A DNA stretch of 64,000 nucleotides, from contig NC_083401.1 in NCBI RefSeq assembly GCF_020745735.1, forward strand, positions 134,227,740 through 134,291,739, read 5' to 3'. This document shows positions 34,622 to 48,415 of the stretch, in pieces. Below the pieces are notes generated by a model that was given only the letters and a program-made list of their open reading frames with translations, ran no database searches and was not told where the DNA came from. Each line of letters begins with the position of its first letter. The first letter of the stretch is position 1. Made by a program: the position numbers and the translations under genes. Source of the DNA: Hemiscyllium ocellatum (Eukaryota).

Positions 34622-35883
34622 CATAAAGTCATAGAGATGTACAGCATGGAAACAGATCCTTTGGTCCAACCTGTCCACGCCGACCAAATATCCCAACCCA
34701 ATCTAGTCCCACCTGCTAGCAGCCGGACCATATCCCTCCAAACCCTTCCTATTCATATACATATCCAAATGCCTCTGAAATGTTGCAATTGTACCAGCCT
34801 CCACCACATCCTCTGGCAACTCATTCCATACACGTACCACCCTCTGCGTGAAAAAGTTGCCCCTTAGGTCTCTTTTATATCTTTCCCCTCTCACTCTAAA
34901 CCTATGCCCTCTAATTCTGGACTCCCCGACCCCAGGGAAAAGACTTTGTCTATTTATCCTATCCATGCCCCTCATAATTTTGTAAACCTCATCCCTCAGC
35001 CTCCGACACTCCAGGGAAAACAGCCCCAGTCTGTTCAGCCTCTCCCTGTAGCTCAAATCCTCCAACTCTGGAAACATCCTTGTACATCTTTTCTGAACCA
35101 TTTCAATTTTCACATCTTTCCGATAGGAAGGAGACCAGAATTGCATGCAATATTCCAACAGTGGCCTAACCGGTGTCCTGTACAGTCGCAACATGACCTT
35201 CCAACTCCTGTACCCAAACTCTGATCAATAAAGAAAGCATACCAAATGCCTTCTTCACTATCCTATCTACCTGCGACTCCACTTTCAAGGAGCTATGAAC
35301 CTGCACTCCAAGGTCTCTTTGTTCAGCAACACTCCCTAGGACCTTACCATTAAGTGTATAAGTCCTGCTAAGATTTACTTTCCCAAAATGCAGCACCTTG
35401 CATTTATCTGAATTAAACTCCATCTGCCACTTCTCAGCCCATTGGCCCATTTGGTCCAGATCCTGTTGTAATCTGAGGTAACCCTCTTCACTGTCTACTA
35501 CACCTCAAATTTTGGCGTCATCTGCAAACTTACCAACTGTACCTCTTATGCTCGCATCCAAATCATTTATGTAAATGACACAAAGTAGAGGACCCAGCAC
35601 CGATCCTTGTGGCACTCCACTGGTCACAGGCCTCCAGTCTGAAAAACCACCCTCCACCACCAACATCTGTCTTCTACCTTTGAGCCAGTTCTGTATCCAA
35701 ATGGCTAGTTTTCCCTTTATTCCATGAGGTCTAACCTTGCTAATCATCTCCCACAGGGAATCTTGTTGAATGCCTTACTGAAGTCCATATAGATCACATC
35801 TGCCGCTCTGCCCTCATTAATCTTCTTTGTTACTTCTTCAAAAAAACTCAATCAAGTTTGTGAGACATGATTTCCCATGCACA
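34622..35883 (-). mobile_element. CR1 3' fragment, an inverted copy of about 31762-33011
   Basis: CR1 RT and C-terminal ORFs on the minus strand; shares apparently private variants with the upstream copy. Confidence 0.92.
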
Positions 35884-35884
35884 T

Positions 35885-36071
35885 GGGATATGGGTCAGGT
35901 GCTGGCAGATGGGACTATATTGGGTTGGGATATCAGGTTGGCATGGACGGGTTGGACTGAAGGATCTGTTTCCATGCTGTACATCTCTATGACTCTATGA
36001 CTGTAAGGAGGTTGGGAGAGCATGCCAAGAGCAGCAAAAAGGCTTAGGTAAAGATTAGTTACCTATCTAGT
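35885..36071 (+). repeat. Direct duplicate of 32896-33081 (CR1 tail plus its 3' flank)
   Basis: Both copies read ...GACTCTATGACT-(c/g)TAAGGAGG...GAGAGCATGCCAA...GTAAAGATTAGTTACC(c/t)ATCTAGT. Confidence 0.9.
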
Positions 36072-39000
36072 TCAAGTTGGGAGATGTTAGATAACACTAC
36101 AAAATTGGAGGGCCATCAATGTCCTTGCCATAATGATATAATGTGATGAGACTGGCACACACACAGGAAGGCGGTGTATAGAAACAGTTGAACAAGAGAA
36201 AGCTGCAGAGGAAAGGGATGGAGGTCACAGGAGGCATTACCAATGTTACAGTTGTTGCAGATGTAAGCTCAGTTTCCTTCACAGCACAGAAGGACTTTTT
36301 TAGGCTGAAGATGTCAGGCAAGGTGATCACAAACATCTATAGTCTCCTAAACAAAGATCTTCTTATCTGTTGTACTTGGAGCTCATGCATCACTGTCATC
36401 AGGAATTCTGCTCTGCCTACTTGCAAGGTGCTACTAGATACCATTTTAGGAACTACAGATGAACAACTATAGAATTGCAGATGAAATCCTTATTTAGAGT
36501 GCAGTAAGAATTGAAAGTGGTCATTTGTTTGAAATGGTCATAAGTCTTGAGTGCATGTGTGAGATGGGAGGATGTAGGGTTGAAATGGTGTATGGAGGGG
36601 TCAGTAATTCCAGGATGGAATTTTAGTTACAGTGGATGTTGATGATGTTGAAGTCTCTATTTGGTTATGTTTCCTGATGCCCTGGAAACCTATTGCACAG
36701 GATGGAAATGAAACCTGAGTTACTCATCCTCATTAAAGTGTTTAATGATCAATCTGCTTCCAGGGACAAATTGAATTCCCCACGCCCATCCTGACTCTGT
36801 TAAAACTAGCAGTGAGCTGTTTTAAGAATGATTGGGCTCCAGTTTGAATTTACATCCTATCTGACACAAATCCATTATTTTTGGGGGATTACAGTTTCCC
36901 TCATTTTTATTTCTACTGTGTGACAATTTAAACACAAGGATCATATTTACAAATTAAAGAAAACAAGAAGTACAGGAATAATTTATTTATTGAAAGGATA
37001 ACTAATTATGTGGAACAAGTTGCCAGCACTGATCATGGATCAAGAAACCTAATTGGATTTTATGAACAGACCGTTCAGCAATTATACCTTTGTCAGATCT
37101 TTGAAATAACTATCAAATTAATAATTCTCTTACTATTTCTCCATAGTCCATCAATTATTTCCCATCAGGTATTGGTGATGTTTCTCTATATAAATTATTT
37201 TTGAATTCTCTCAAAGGCTTTAACTTCCTATCTGAAATGTGACACCTATAATTGGACACAAAATTCTAGCTGGTGTATTGTGAAGTAATTTATAATATCT
37301 TAACACCCTTACTCTTGCATTGTATGGCAATAGTCAATATTTGTATATGAGGGACCTTCCTGTTGCTGTGGTTATTTCACTGTGTAAAGCACACTTGAAT
37401 TGATAAATTATTCACTGTTTTCTACTGAAATATTGGAGTCAAGTCTAACTAATGGCAATTGGTGTTCATGGAACAGTAATGGATTTCAAATGGAATCAGA
37501 ATATTTACTGACCTGTTAATTCCAATGTAACAGTTGCTGCCATTTGTAAAGCAATCTTCCCATAGGTATCAAAAGTCCCTGCAGCTTCTAGGTTGCTAAA
37601 GGTACTTTGTACATGGGTACAGACTAGCTACATCTTCTGGGATTGAGTATCCTCAATATTCTTAAATGGAACATTGTTAGCCCTTTCAAAAATGGCGTCC
37701 TTGAAAATTATAGTTTTGTAGAACTAGGAGGAATGCATTCGCTAGTCCATTATTTCCTTTTCATTTCCCCCATCCACCCTCCTCTGTTTTGCAATCTCCC
37801 TTCCCTGGAACTTTTCTGCTTGCTAGTACAGTGCCCAGGTTGCACGAGTCCAAAGTTGATGAAAGAACCATTAAGGGCATATAGCTCACCCGTTGCACAG
37901 AAATGAGGACCCAGGTCTTAATTAAGCTGAAGCTTCCCACCAACAGAAAGATTGACAGCTGGGACCTTCTGCTTGTCAGCCATCCAAGTGGTGAAACCCA
38001 CTTTAGAAGATTTTATTTCCTCATGTCTTACAAAATCAGGTTAGCAAGAGTACAAACAGTTTTGGTGGCCAACATCAGGTCCCCATCACCATCTTTATTA
38101 AATTCTGCCTGGAATGTTGTAAGTATTGTCTAACAACTACTCGGCAATAAATTTTGTATATCAGTTTCAGGCAACTATTACTTACAGTTTCGTGTTGTTT
38201 AGTCTCATCTGTGTTGTGTTTACCCAATGTTGCGATCACTTACTCTGCCCTTTTCTCCTTCCTCTGCAAGTATTGGGATAATTGTCTGTCTGTTCTGCAC
38301 TTTTGTCACTGTTCATTGTATTGGTTTGTCTCCTGAATGCAAATAGCCTGCTCGGAAGAATGACATCAGACTGGGTTTTGTGAGAAAGCCAAGGCACCAG
38401 AGTTCACCACTAACCTTCTTACAAAAACTGTGGCAAAAGATTGAAAGAACGAAACAGCATCATCTCCTCCTTTCCCAACATCAGTTTGTTTTGTATTAAG
38501 GCAAGATGACGTTTGGAGGTTTAGAACAGGGAAGTCATCAGGCAAGGGAAGCAGTCACTCACATTGAAGTTCTCTCACAGACACCAACCATGAAGTGAAT
38601 CCCCTCACTATTAATTTTAATATTTAATAGATAGCAAAATAAGTGATTGGGGCATACAGATAGGCTAAAGGTAAAATATGAAATATCACAAACAATCTTT
38701 AAAAATAAATTATAAAACTCTTTGGAATTTCTTATATAATGGAAACATTTGACAAACATAAAATTACTGTTTTAGGGCCACTAAGCATGTTTAACTAATC
38801 GTGAATTTAGTATGCCATTAAAAACCCTTCATTCAACAGAGTGTAACTTTTAAGGAATTGAGACAGAGAGTAGAAACTAACATCCTAACTTCAGTGGTTT
38901 CCAATTGACACATTGTGGGGGCCCTCAACAGAACAAGATTTGGATAAACATAGAATTATTGATAGCAGCTTCTGAATTTACATGCTTAGCTGCATATGTG

Positions 39001-41807
39001 CAGACTCCAGAGTGGCCGTCAACTTTAGAGGAGTAATAACGCTGACAGTTTTTCAGTTATTATATTGCATTATCCAAGCCATTGTCCTGACATTAACAAT
39101 CTCTTACGTTGTCATCTAATTAATTTCCAGTAAGGTAGAGGAACCTTTCTGACAGTATAAATCTTTATAGAATAACTATTACAACAGAACATCTTACAAT
39201 TTTGGTAGGAGGACTAAGCATCTTCATTGTTGAATTTCAGTCAGCAGAGGTTAATAATTTCAATAATGATTATAATGTCACATGGTGTACAAACCATACT
39301 AACATATGTAATATCAATAGACAGGAGTTCTGTAACAATGCCTCACTAGTATGGTGCTGAGGAAACACTCAGTGCATAAAACAAGCTCACATGTGCTTAC
39401 TTTCTTTTTAGATGTTATTTCAATTATGTTTCTAGTCTCCCTACTTTTTCCATCTTGTAGCCTTACTTAATACACTAATTCTGAAATTTCTACCTCGAGC
39501 TTCCATACAAAATAAAGTTATGCATGTAACTAACTTGCAAACATTCACAATCATGTAATGTATTCTAAAGTACTGCTGCTGCATAATTGCATCTAGTTGG
39601 CTATTTTTAGAACAGTCAGATCAAAAACATTTAAACTAGAGACTAGATAACAACAGTGTCTAATTTATGTCTGATGTCTGGATATTTGAAGGGAGGCTGG
39701 TAGCATTTAGCCAAAAATGACCATAGGACAGGACATCTCCAGGGCTGGAAAGCCCCTGCTGATCTAAAGAGCTGCATATTATATACTCAACCTCCTATAC
39801 AGCCTTCCCAGAGGATGTGAGGGAATAGTAGTGCTGGGAGACCACAGCCAGGGACACATGGAAACAGACCCCAGCACTTGAGGTGAAGAGAGAAAGCTTC
39901 ATCTTGCAATTGTGAGGAGGGAGAATCTTGAAGGATTGGGTTGGGAAATTGTTGACTGGACTCTGGAGAATGTTGTACATTTCCTTGAGGGACTAGGAAA
40001 GCATTCCTATTCATCTGCCTTGCAAGGAGCACTGAAAAGGCCTTTAACAAAGGAAGCAACAGTAATTACCTCTGTTTTACCAGGGGAGCTTCTTAAATCA
40101 GTGATGTATGAATTATTTTTAAATTAGGCTCCTGAGCATTCCATTTGAGGCTAATTTAAAATGGTAGGAATAGAACTACCTATTTGAGACAGGAACATCA
40201 GATGTCTCAAAATCCAGTGCAAAGAAAATCATTTGTTGAAGATCAAAAATTTGGTTTGAAAGCAGAAGCTTTTAGTTAATTTTTTTTACAATATTCAAGC
40301 ACTGATATTAAAGATATTTACATTTTTTAAGTGATCAAATAAAAGACAATTGCCACAAAGTCATCTTTTCCAATCTATGTCCCTGATCTTGTTTTGTCTG
40401 TTCTTTAGTTGCAGACTTGGTAAAGCATGTTCCTCTTTAAACAGGCATCCTATTTATATACATTATCATTGGAAGCATTAGCATTCTTTTGACACATCAG
40501 CACATAATGAAAAATTCAAGCTGTATTCTTACAAATGGCAAGCAGATAAATCTTCATTCCATTCCCTTAACATACCACACAGCACAAACACTAAAATCAC
40601 TCATGGGTCCTAGGTTCAAGTCTCAGAGGTTAAGTAGATAAATGTTCCTGTTGAAAAGGCAGTCAAAGAGAGGGCTCTCGCAAAGTTACTAGCTTTATTA
40701 ACAAGCTGCAATGAGAGAGATAACTTCACATTGGGTGAGGATGACTTTTTCATTAACAAACCAGGTAAGTGAAGCAATTGTGGCTGTATCAATTTTTAAC
40801 TAAATCATTTATTTCTGACTGTAACCATTAAAACATTTGTCCAATCAATTCCTTTTCAAGTCAGCATTGTAATATTCATGGCAACCCTTGTCCCAAGCTA
40901 ATAGCAGTGACAACGTAACCATTGATTTGATAATAATGTGCTAATTTCCTGATCCCAAGAGGTTTTTGCTGAATATAATTTAGCATTTTTAATGGAGTCA
41001 TATTTCCACAATATTGCATTTAGAAGCCATTTCTACTCAGGAAGTCATGCAACTCATGAAGCAGAATTTTAAAATTAACATTACTGTTTGGAGGAGAAAG
41101 TGACATTCAAATGATGTCGTCATTGGTGTTCAAAGATAAATGGGTCATCCAAAATGTAAGCCCATTTATCAGATGGAGGCTGCTCCTCCATATATTTTCA
41201 GCAGTTTCTGATTTTATTTTAGGGTTCCTGCCTATTTTGACTGTTAAAAATACTTGCTTTGGTGCCTGGATTGGAACGGCTGAATTAGAAATATCTGTAA
41301 AGTTGCTGGAGTATGAAGCAGAACATACCTATTAAGTGAATAAACAAACTGGTTGGAATTGCTCCATGAAAATAATGCATAAATCTAAGCTCAGTCAGCA
41401 TTAGAGCAGAATGAAAGTGAACACATCAACAAGCCTTTAATATAGCATTTCTGTAAAAATTTAAAGTAATTTATATTCAACAACCTTAAATGAGATTGAT
41501 ATGAATAGTTGAAACTTGGGATAATAGTGTGAAGATTAGGGTTGGTGCAGGCTGGGGGCTGGTTACAATGATAAACATGTAAGATTGCAAGGAAGGTAAG
41601 AATGGCTGATTCTAACATGGAGGTCTCATTATCATTCTGTGCCCAAACAGATGAAATGCCCAGCTGCTTGCTGCAAATTCACTTCAACTATTTAAAAACA
41701 TAGCTCAGAAGTACAATGGATGAGCAGTTTTGGAGATTGTAATTGTGGGTTTGAAGCATAACAGTGAGTGACAGGTCTGAAAAATTACAGTCTGTCATTA
41801 TGTCAGC

Positions 41808-42284
41808 AGTTAAAAATCACACAACATCAGGTTATAGTCCAACAGGTTTAATTGGAAGCACACTATCTTTCGGAGCGATGCTCCTTCATCAGGTGATAGT
41901 GGAGGGCTCGATCGTAATATAGAATTTATAGCAAAAATTTGCAGTGTGATGTAACTGAAATTATACATCGAAAAATTGATTGTCTGTTAAGCCTTTCATC
42001 TGTTAGAATACAGTGATAGTTTCACTTCTTTCATGTGTAAATCACAAAACCTTTTTTAAAAGTTACATTCTCGGGTTAGCTGTTAACAATGGTGATAGCT
42101 AGACAATATGTTGAAGGTGTTAGCCCCCGTGTTCTCTGTCTATGACCTGATGTTTAGATTGATTCTAATCTAAAAAGTGAGATAACAGAGTTTTACATAA
42201 ATTCATGCAGTTTTTGAGCAAAATGCAATGTAACTCTCTGGATGTACAAATTCACCACACAAAAGATATGTGTGCATGTGGGTC

Positions 42285-42322
<38 letters not shown>

Positions 42323-43127
42323 TGTGTGTGTGTGTAGGAATATCTGTGTGTGTGTGTGTAGTGCAATGGTGATCACCTGTAATGTGACATGAACCCAAAG
42401 TCCCAGTTGAGGCCCTCCCTATGGGTACCAAACTTAGCTATCAGCCTCTGCTCGGCCACTTTTCTCTGCTGCCTGTCCTGAAGTCCACCTTGGAGGATGG
42501 TCACCCGAAGGTCTGAGGCTGAATGTCCTGGACCACTGAAGTGTTCCCCAACTGGGAGGGAACCCTCCTGTCTGTTGATTTGTTGTGCGGTGCCCATTCA
42601 TCTGTTGTCATAGCCTTTGCTCAGTTTCCCCAATGTACCATGCCTCTCGGTATCCTTGCCTGCAACGTATAAGATAGACAACGTTGGCTGAGTCATATGA
42701 GTACCTGCCATGTACAAGTTGGGAGGTGTTCCCACGCATAATGGTGGTACCTATGTCCACACTCTGACACGTCTTGCAGTGTCCACCGTGACAGGATTGT
42801 ATGGAGTTGTCCTGAGAGCCGGGCAGCTTGCTATGAACAACGATCTGTTTGAGGTTCGGCGGTTGTTTAAAGGCAAGTAGTGGAGGTGTGGGGAAGGTCT
42901 TGGTGAGGTGCTCATCCTCATTGATAATGTGTTGCAGGTCATGAAGAACATGGCGTAATTTTTCAGCCCCTGGGAAGTACTGAACAACGAAGGGTACCCT
43001 GTCAGTTGCAGCACGTGTCTGTTTCCTGAGGAAGTCATTACGGTTCCTTGCTGTGGCACGTCGGAACTGGCGGTTGATGAGTTGAGCATCGTACCCGTTC
43101 TTGTGAGGGCATCCTTGAGTACTTCCA
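41808..43127 (-). mobile_element. Penelope-like element family B, 5'-truncated and frameshifted
   Basis: Minus strand encodes NVVYLIRCRQG..EAWYIGET and SLPVGEHFSGPGHSASDLRVTIL...AEQRLIAKFGTHREGLN, then (CA)n and the terminal repeat with a hammerhead motif at 41861-41895. Confidence 0.9.
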
Positions 43128-43129
43128 AA

Positions 43130-43705
43130 TCATTATGTCAGCAAATTGTCATGACCTGTTCTGCAGGATTCAGTGAAACCTCGAGAAAGTTCCTGGGATA
43201 AAGAAACCTGTTACCTCCACAAAGAAGTTGAAGGTGACATTAGCACGACAACCTGGAATCAGATTTTAATAGCACTATCAGGTCAGGAAAACTTAGCAAA
43301 ATTGTACAGAAAGCAGTGCATTCGCAGTACTACCGAATGGAGGCATAAAGGTAGTTTCCAGGATCTCGGCCATAAGGTTGCATGAGCCCTTTCCTGTTGT
43401 TGCTGACTAACTGCTTATTAATGGAATTAAATCCCTTGCATTTGAAGAGTACCCCTGACTGGTCAACGGATTCTTGGATTACTAAATGTGTGCAATTGGT
43501 GGCTCCTGTACTGAGGTGGAGGGTGGCAGTGTTGTAAATTTCAATGCCTTCGCTTTCTGGTTCTGACATTTATATACCTCATAGATCTGGGCATATAATC
43601 TGTCCATCACTTACCATGAGCTGACTCGAATGTTTGTGATGAACCCGATGGTGGCCTAGAAGATGCCAGAGGGCAGTAGTTACTTTCAAAGCCATCATTA
43701 ACATA
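43130..43705 (-). mobile_element. PIF/Harbinger transposase fossil
   Basis: LKVTTAL and NCTHLVIQESVDQSGVLFKCKGFNSINKQLVSN...PGNYLYASI resemble the HARBI1-type DCTHV...NRKGFHSINVQLVCD...PGS.HDAFI block. Confidence 0.65.
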
Positions 43706-44764
43706 CAGATTCCCTCGTGGTTAAAGATGCCCTCCAACGCATCTCGTCCACATCCCACACCTCCACCCTCAGACCCCACCCCTCCAAGCCCCTAGTGCTC
43801 ACCTTCTACCCTACAAACCTTCGCATAAACCAAATCATCCGCCAACATTTCCACCACCTCCAAAAAGACCCCATCACCAGGGATATACTTCCCTCCCCAC
43901 CCCTTTCCGCCTTCTGCAAAGACCGTTCCCTCCATGACTACCTGGTCAGGCCCACGCCCCCCCCACAACCCACCCTCCCATCCTGGCACTTTCCCCTGCC
44001 ACCGCAGGAACTGTAAAACCTGCGCCCATACCTACTCGCTCACCTCTATCCAAGGCCCTAAAGGAGCCTTCCACATCCATCAAAGTTTTACCTGCACATG
44101 CACTAATATCATTTATTGTATCAGTTGCTCCCGATGCGGTCTCCTCTACATTGGGGAGACTGGGCGCCTCTAGCAAAACGCTTTAGGAAACATCTCCGGG
44201 ACACCCGCACCAATCAACCACACCGCCCCGTGGCCCAACATTTCAACTCCCCCTCCCACTTTACCGAGGACATGGAGGTCCTAGGCCTCCTTCACCGCCG
44301 CTCCCTCACCACCAGACACCTGGAGGAAGAACACCTCATCTTCCGCCTCGGAACACTTCAATCCCAGGGCATCAATGTGGACTTCAACAGTTTCCTCATT
44401 TCCCCTTCCCCTACCTCACCCCAGTTCCAAACTTCCAGCTCAGCACTGTCCCCATGACTTGTCTGGACTTGTCCTACCTGCCTATCTCCTTTTCCACCTA
44501 TCCACTCCACCCTCTCCTCCCTGACTTATCACCTTCATCCCCTCCCCCACTCACCCATTGTACTCAATGCTACTTTCTCCCCACCCCCACCCTCCTCCAA
44601 CTTATCTCTCCACGTTTCAGGCTCACTGCCTTTATTCCTGATGAAGGGCTTTTGCCTGAAACGTCGATTTCACTGTACTTTGGATGCTGCCTGAACTGCT
44701 GTGCTCTTCCAACACCACTAATCCAGAATCTGGTTTCCATCATCTGCAGTCATTGCTTTTACCT
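43706..44764 (+). mobile_element. Penelope-like element family A (older subfamily), frameshifted
   Basis: CHRRNCKTCAH and NIIYCISCSRCGLLYIGETGR; hammerhead motif at 44634-44669; same terminus as 15547-16617. Confidence 0.92.
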
Positions 44765-47266
44765 TATTAAGTAGCAGGTCTCCCTGTCACAGACTATAGT
44801 TGTCTTTGTTCACCTAATGTAACAACCTGAAGTTTCAGAAGCACTGCTCCTCCGACAGGTCAATGAAACCCATTGTCTGCTGTGTGATTAGTTTAGTAAG
44901 CTTATCCCCTCAGTTGCTGTCTTCCCTGCTGATCACCAGCTCCCCCACAACAGGCCTTTTCTGCTGATGATCCTCATTTTTCTGCATGTCTTCAGTGACA
45001 TTGAGAACAACAAGGCACCATCTATCATACTTCGATGCAAATGCTTCCAAATATTCTTGTGATTCTCTTACACTGAAATATTTTCACTGAACTGTATCCC
45101 AGAATAGGCTGAGAAAGGGCTTGTGCATGTTGTGTTCTATGTGATTGCCAGAATGTCAGTAGATCTTTAAGATATATGCTCATGATGTCATTACTGTATC
45201 ATGGCATGTGGCCTCATCACCTGAAGCATGACATGCCACAAGAAATATGCAGCTCTGTATGACTTACAACAAATTGTCAACTCAGATATCTGTGCCTGAA
45301 CAATTTAATGTTTATATATAATTGTTAGCTGTAATAAATGTCTGTTAGATTCTTCAATATCATATTTTCCACATCTACTTTTGGATGTTATGAGGGATAA
45401 CGTAAGTGTTGTTGCATCAAGTAGAATACATTGCTGGAAGCAAAACTTGCTGGAAGCAAAACCCACTTCAGTGCATACTACACCTTAGTTAAAATCTGGC
45501 TTTAATCATATCATGAAACCAAAGAAATGTTGTTGCTGCACTCCTACCTAATACCTGGGAAATCTGTACAACACCAGATAATTTTAACTTGGGCCCCCAA
45601 TTTCATTACAATCGTCTAATTTAAATATGTAGCTATTAGCCTTGCTTCTCTAGAGTTGGATACTCAAATGTCATGATATTTGTCACTGTAACATTAATCA
45701 TAAAATACATAATGAGTTGAGGCAGTTCCTGTGAATTTGACATTTGCATTTAATTCTCTTCCTCGTTTTTTGGCTTAATGTTGAGGTTGAGGCTTTCCAA
45801 TGCATTTTTGTCTGTGTTTGTCACTGTGTAGAGGACAACATTTTGACAATTTAATTGCTCTATTCCTTTAAGTCTTTAGTAAGACCATCTGTAATAGCTT
45901 TTTAGCTGAATAGGACTCTGTAACACTTCGGTCATCTTATTTCCATCTACCTGTGGATACCTAAAGTAGGACTAAAGACTAAATTTGCCTCAAATTACTG
46001 CAGGAAAAGTCAGTTTATCCTCGACAGGACTGTTGTTTCCTTTTTCTATTAACAGTTCATTTCCTCCATTTTTAACATTCTCCAGGATTATCTCCCCTCT
46101 TCTCAGGAATTCACATAAACAGAAGACATGTCAACTCAAAGCTCTATTGTGAGATTATTCTTGCTTCATGCAGTGATATCGGATAAAGTGTCGTAACAGC
46201 TGGAGTTTCTCTTTTGGGAAAGTGTAGTCTGAAGATCTTTTCATGTTCTATTTCACTGGATTAGCAACAAAGTACAGAGTACGTTTGTCTTCATTTTATG
46301 ATTTGTATAGAATTTTGTTTAACTGTTTATTTGTACTCTTTAGTTTATGATACAAGAAAGCACACACTTAGGTAGATCTGAAGGTATATAAAAACGATAC
46401 ATTAATTTACATGTGAAATGCAATGGAGGAGCACTAATAACCAGGTACTTAGAAATTCTAAAATTAGCTTCCACTTGATGTGCTAATGAGACGCTAAATG
46501 TTTGATCTGGTGTCTTGTGTCTGTTAGGAAGAATCAGGAAGTAGACCTCTACTGAATGAATTCAACTCCTTGATCAAATGGAAACAAAACATAATTGTAA
46601 GGAGTTTTTTTTTCCATTAGCAACTATATTTACAAATTGTTAGTACACAACTGGGATTTTTGAACAGGGAAGTCACATGAAAGTAAAATTAATCACACCA
46701 CTTTACATTTATTATTACTGAGGTCAGATTTCAAATCTTCTAGTTGAGAACATAAAATTACATGAATATAGTGCATCTGTAGAGAGAGACACACAACCTA
46801 AACAACATTTGAATGATCCCACCAGGCCATAATAGTCTTGGAACTACATCATTGATTTGTGTGATGGATGAGTCAGGGTGGGGAAATTTCATTGTGTGCC
46901 TAATCGATTTACAATGTGCATCAATTTCCATCCACCCCATCTGGCTGGTATAAAGTGCTCTCACACAGAAGTTACAAAATTTCTCATTTAACTGTTGATC
47001 TGACATAAACGAGAGGGAAATCAGACAAGGTACAATGGATATGAGTTCCTGAGAGCTGCAGCCCTCTCATTGTAATTTCAGCAGGAGTGTAGCAGAGACC
47101 CCACCTTCAATGCAAGTGTCAAGAATTCTTTGAGTGGAACATCTGCCATCCATAAACATAGTCGCATCCTTCTGATTCACATGGCGAGTAGGAGGACAAC
47201 CCAAAAGCTGGACATTTCCTGCCAATGGTATTCCATTAGCTGGTTAACATGACAGGGAGTAGATGT

Positions 47267-48040
47267 GAGTAAAAAATGAGGTCTGCAGATGCTGGAGATC
47301 ACAGCTGCAAATGTGTTGCTGGTCAAAGCACAGCAGGCCAGGCAGCATCTCAGGAATAGAGAATTCGACGTTTCGAGCATAAGCCCTTCATCAGGAATAA
47401 AAGAGAGAGCCAAGCAGGCTAAGATAAAAGGTAGGGAGGAGGGACTAGGGGGAGGGGCGATGGAGGTGGGATAGGTGGAAGGAGGTCAAGGTGAGGGTGA
47501 TAGGCCGGAGTGGGGTGGGGGCGGAGAGGTAGTCTGTTTGAGAACGTGGCTGAAGAGTTTCTGTGCAGAGGAGCACGGTGGCACGGTGGCACGGCGGCAC
47601 GGTGGCACAGTGGTTAGCACTGCTGCCTCACAGCGCCTGTAGACCTGGGTTCAATTCCCGACTCAGGCGACTGACTGTGTGGAGTTTGCACGTTCTCCCC
47701 GTGTCTGCGTGGGTTTCCTCCGGGTGCTCCGGTTTCCTCCCACAGTCACAAAGATGTGCAGGTTAGGTGAATTGGCCAAGCTAAATTGCCCGTAGTGTTA
47801 GGTAAGGGGTAAATGTAGGGGTATGGGTGGGTTGCGCTTCGGCGGGTCGGTGTGGACTTGTTGGGCCGAAGGGCCTGTTTCCACACTGTAAGTCTAATCT
47901 AATCAATAATCAGATGACCTGGGGGGTGCAGTGAGAGAGAGACTCACTGAAATCCTTGTAGAGGGAGGAAGAGAGCTTCTTCAAGGAAGGCATCCTTGTA
48001 AGAGGATTCGCAGTAGGTTAAAATCTTCGAGTAAAAAATG
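47267..48040 (-). mobile_element. Internally deleted PLE family A copy (5' leader and ORF start joined to the terminal repeat), with a nested SINE
   Basis: 47267-47530 is near-identical to the 3' end of 15547-16617. 12-bp direct repeat GAGTAAAAAATG at both ends. Intact hammerhead motif at 47363-47398. Confidence 0.8.
47573..47910 (+). mobile_element. Young HE1-type SINE with a reiterated (GCACGGTG)n head
   Basis: A and B boxes, CpGs intact, (CTAAT)n tail. Confidence 0.92.
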
Positions 48041-48415
48041 TCCTAGTCTGCTGGTTATTAGATTCCCCAGAGCATCCAGGCTTGTGAAACTGAACACGTG
48101 GGGCTAGATTTTATGCTGAGGCTGGGCTCTTCACACCCCATCCTCTGTTGTTACAATATCAAAGTTGAAACAACCTAAGGAGATTCATCTATATGCTAAT
48201 GTATGGCTATGCAATCGAACATTCCCTAATGTGGATCTCATCATTTTACTTTTAATTGCTGAAACTGGTCATCTTCAAACTAGTCTTAAACTCAAGCTAT
48301 TATCAGCTGAGACTCCATTCAATTTGATCAAGGTTAGAGGTGTGTTGGCCATAGTGTGTGTTGGAAGTGGAGAAATAGGTGATTGATATGATAGGTAATT
48401 GATAAGCTGAGAAGC

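Noticed and set aside
45431-45462. 16-bp tandem duplication TTGCTGGAAGCAAAAC, and microsatellites at about 16669, 21707, 22610 and 42287
   Set aside because: Ordinary slippage products; there is no repeat-spacer array, so nothing CRISPR-like.
47573-47665. tRNA-like A/B boxes as a tRNA gene
   Set aside because: This is the head of an HE1-type SINE and continues into the SINE body and CR1-derived tail.
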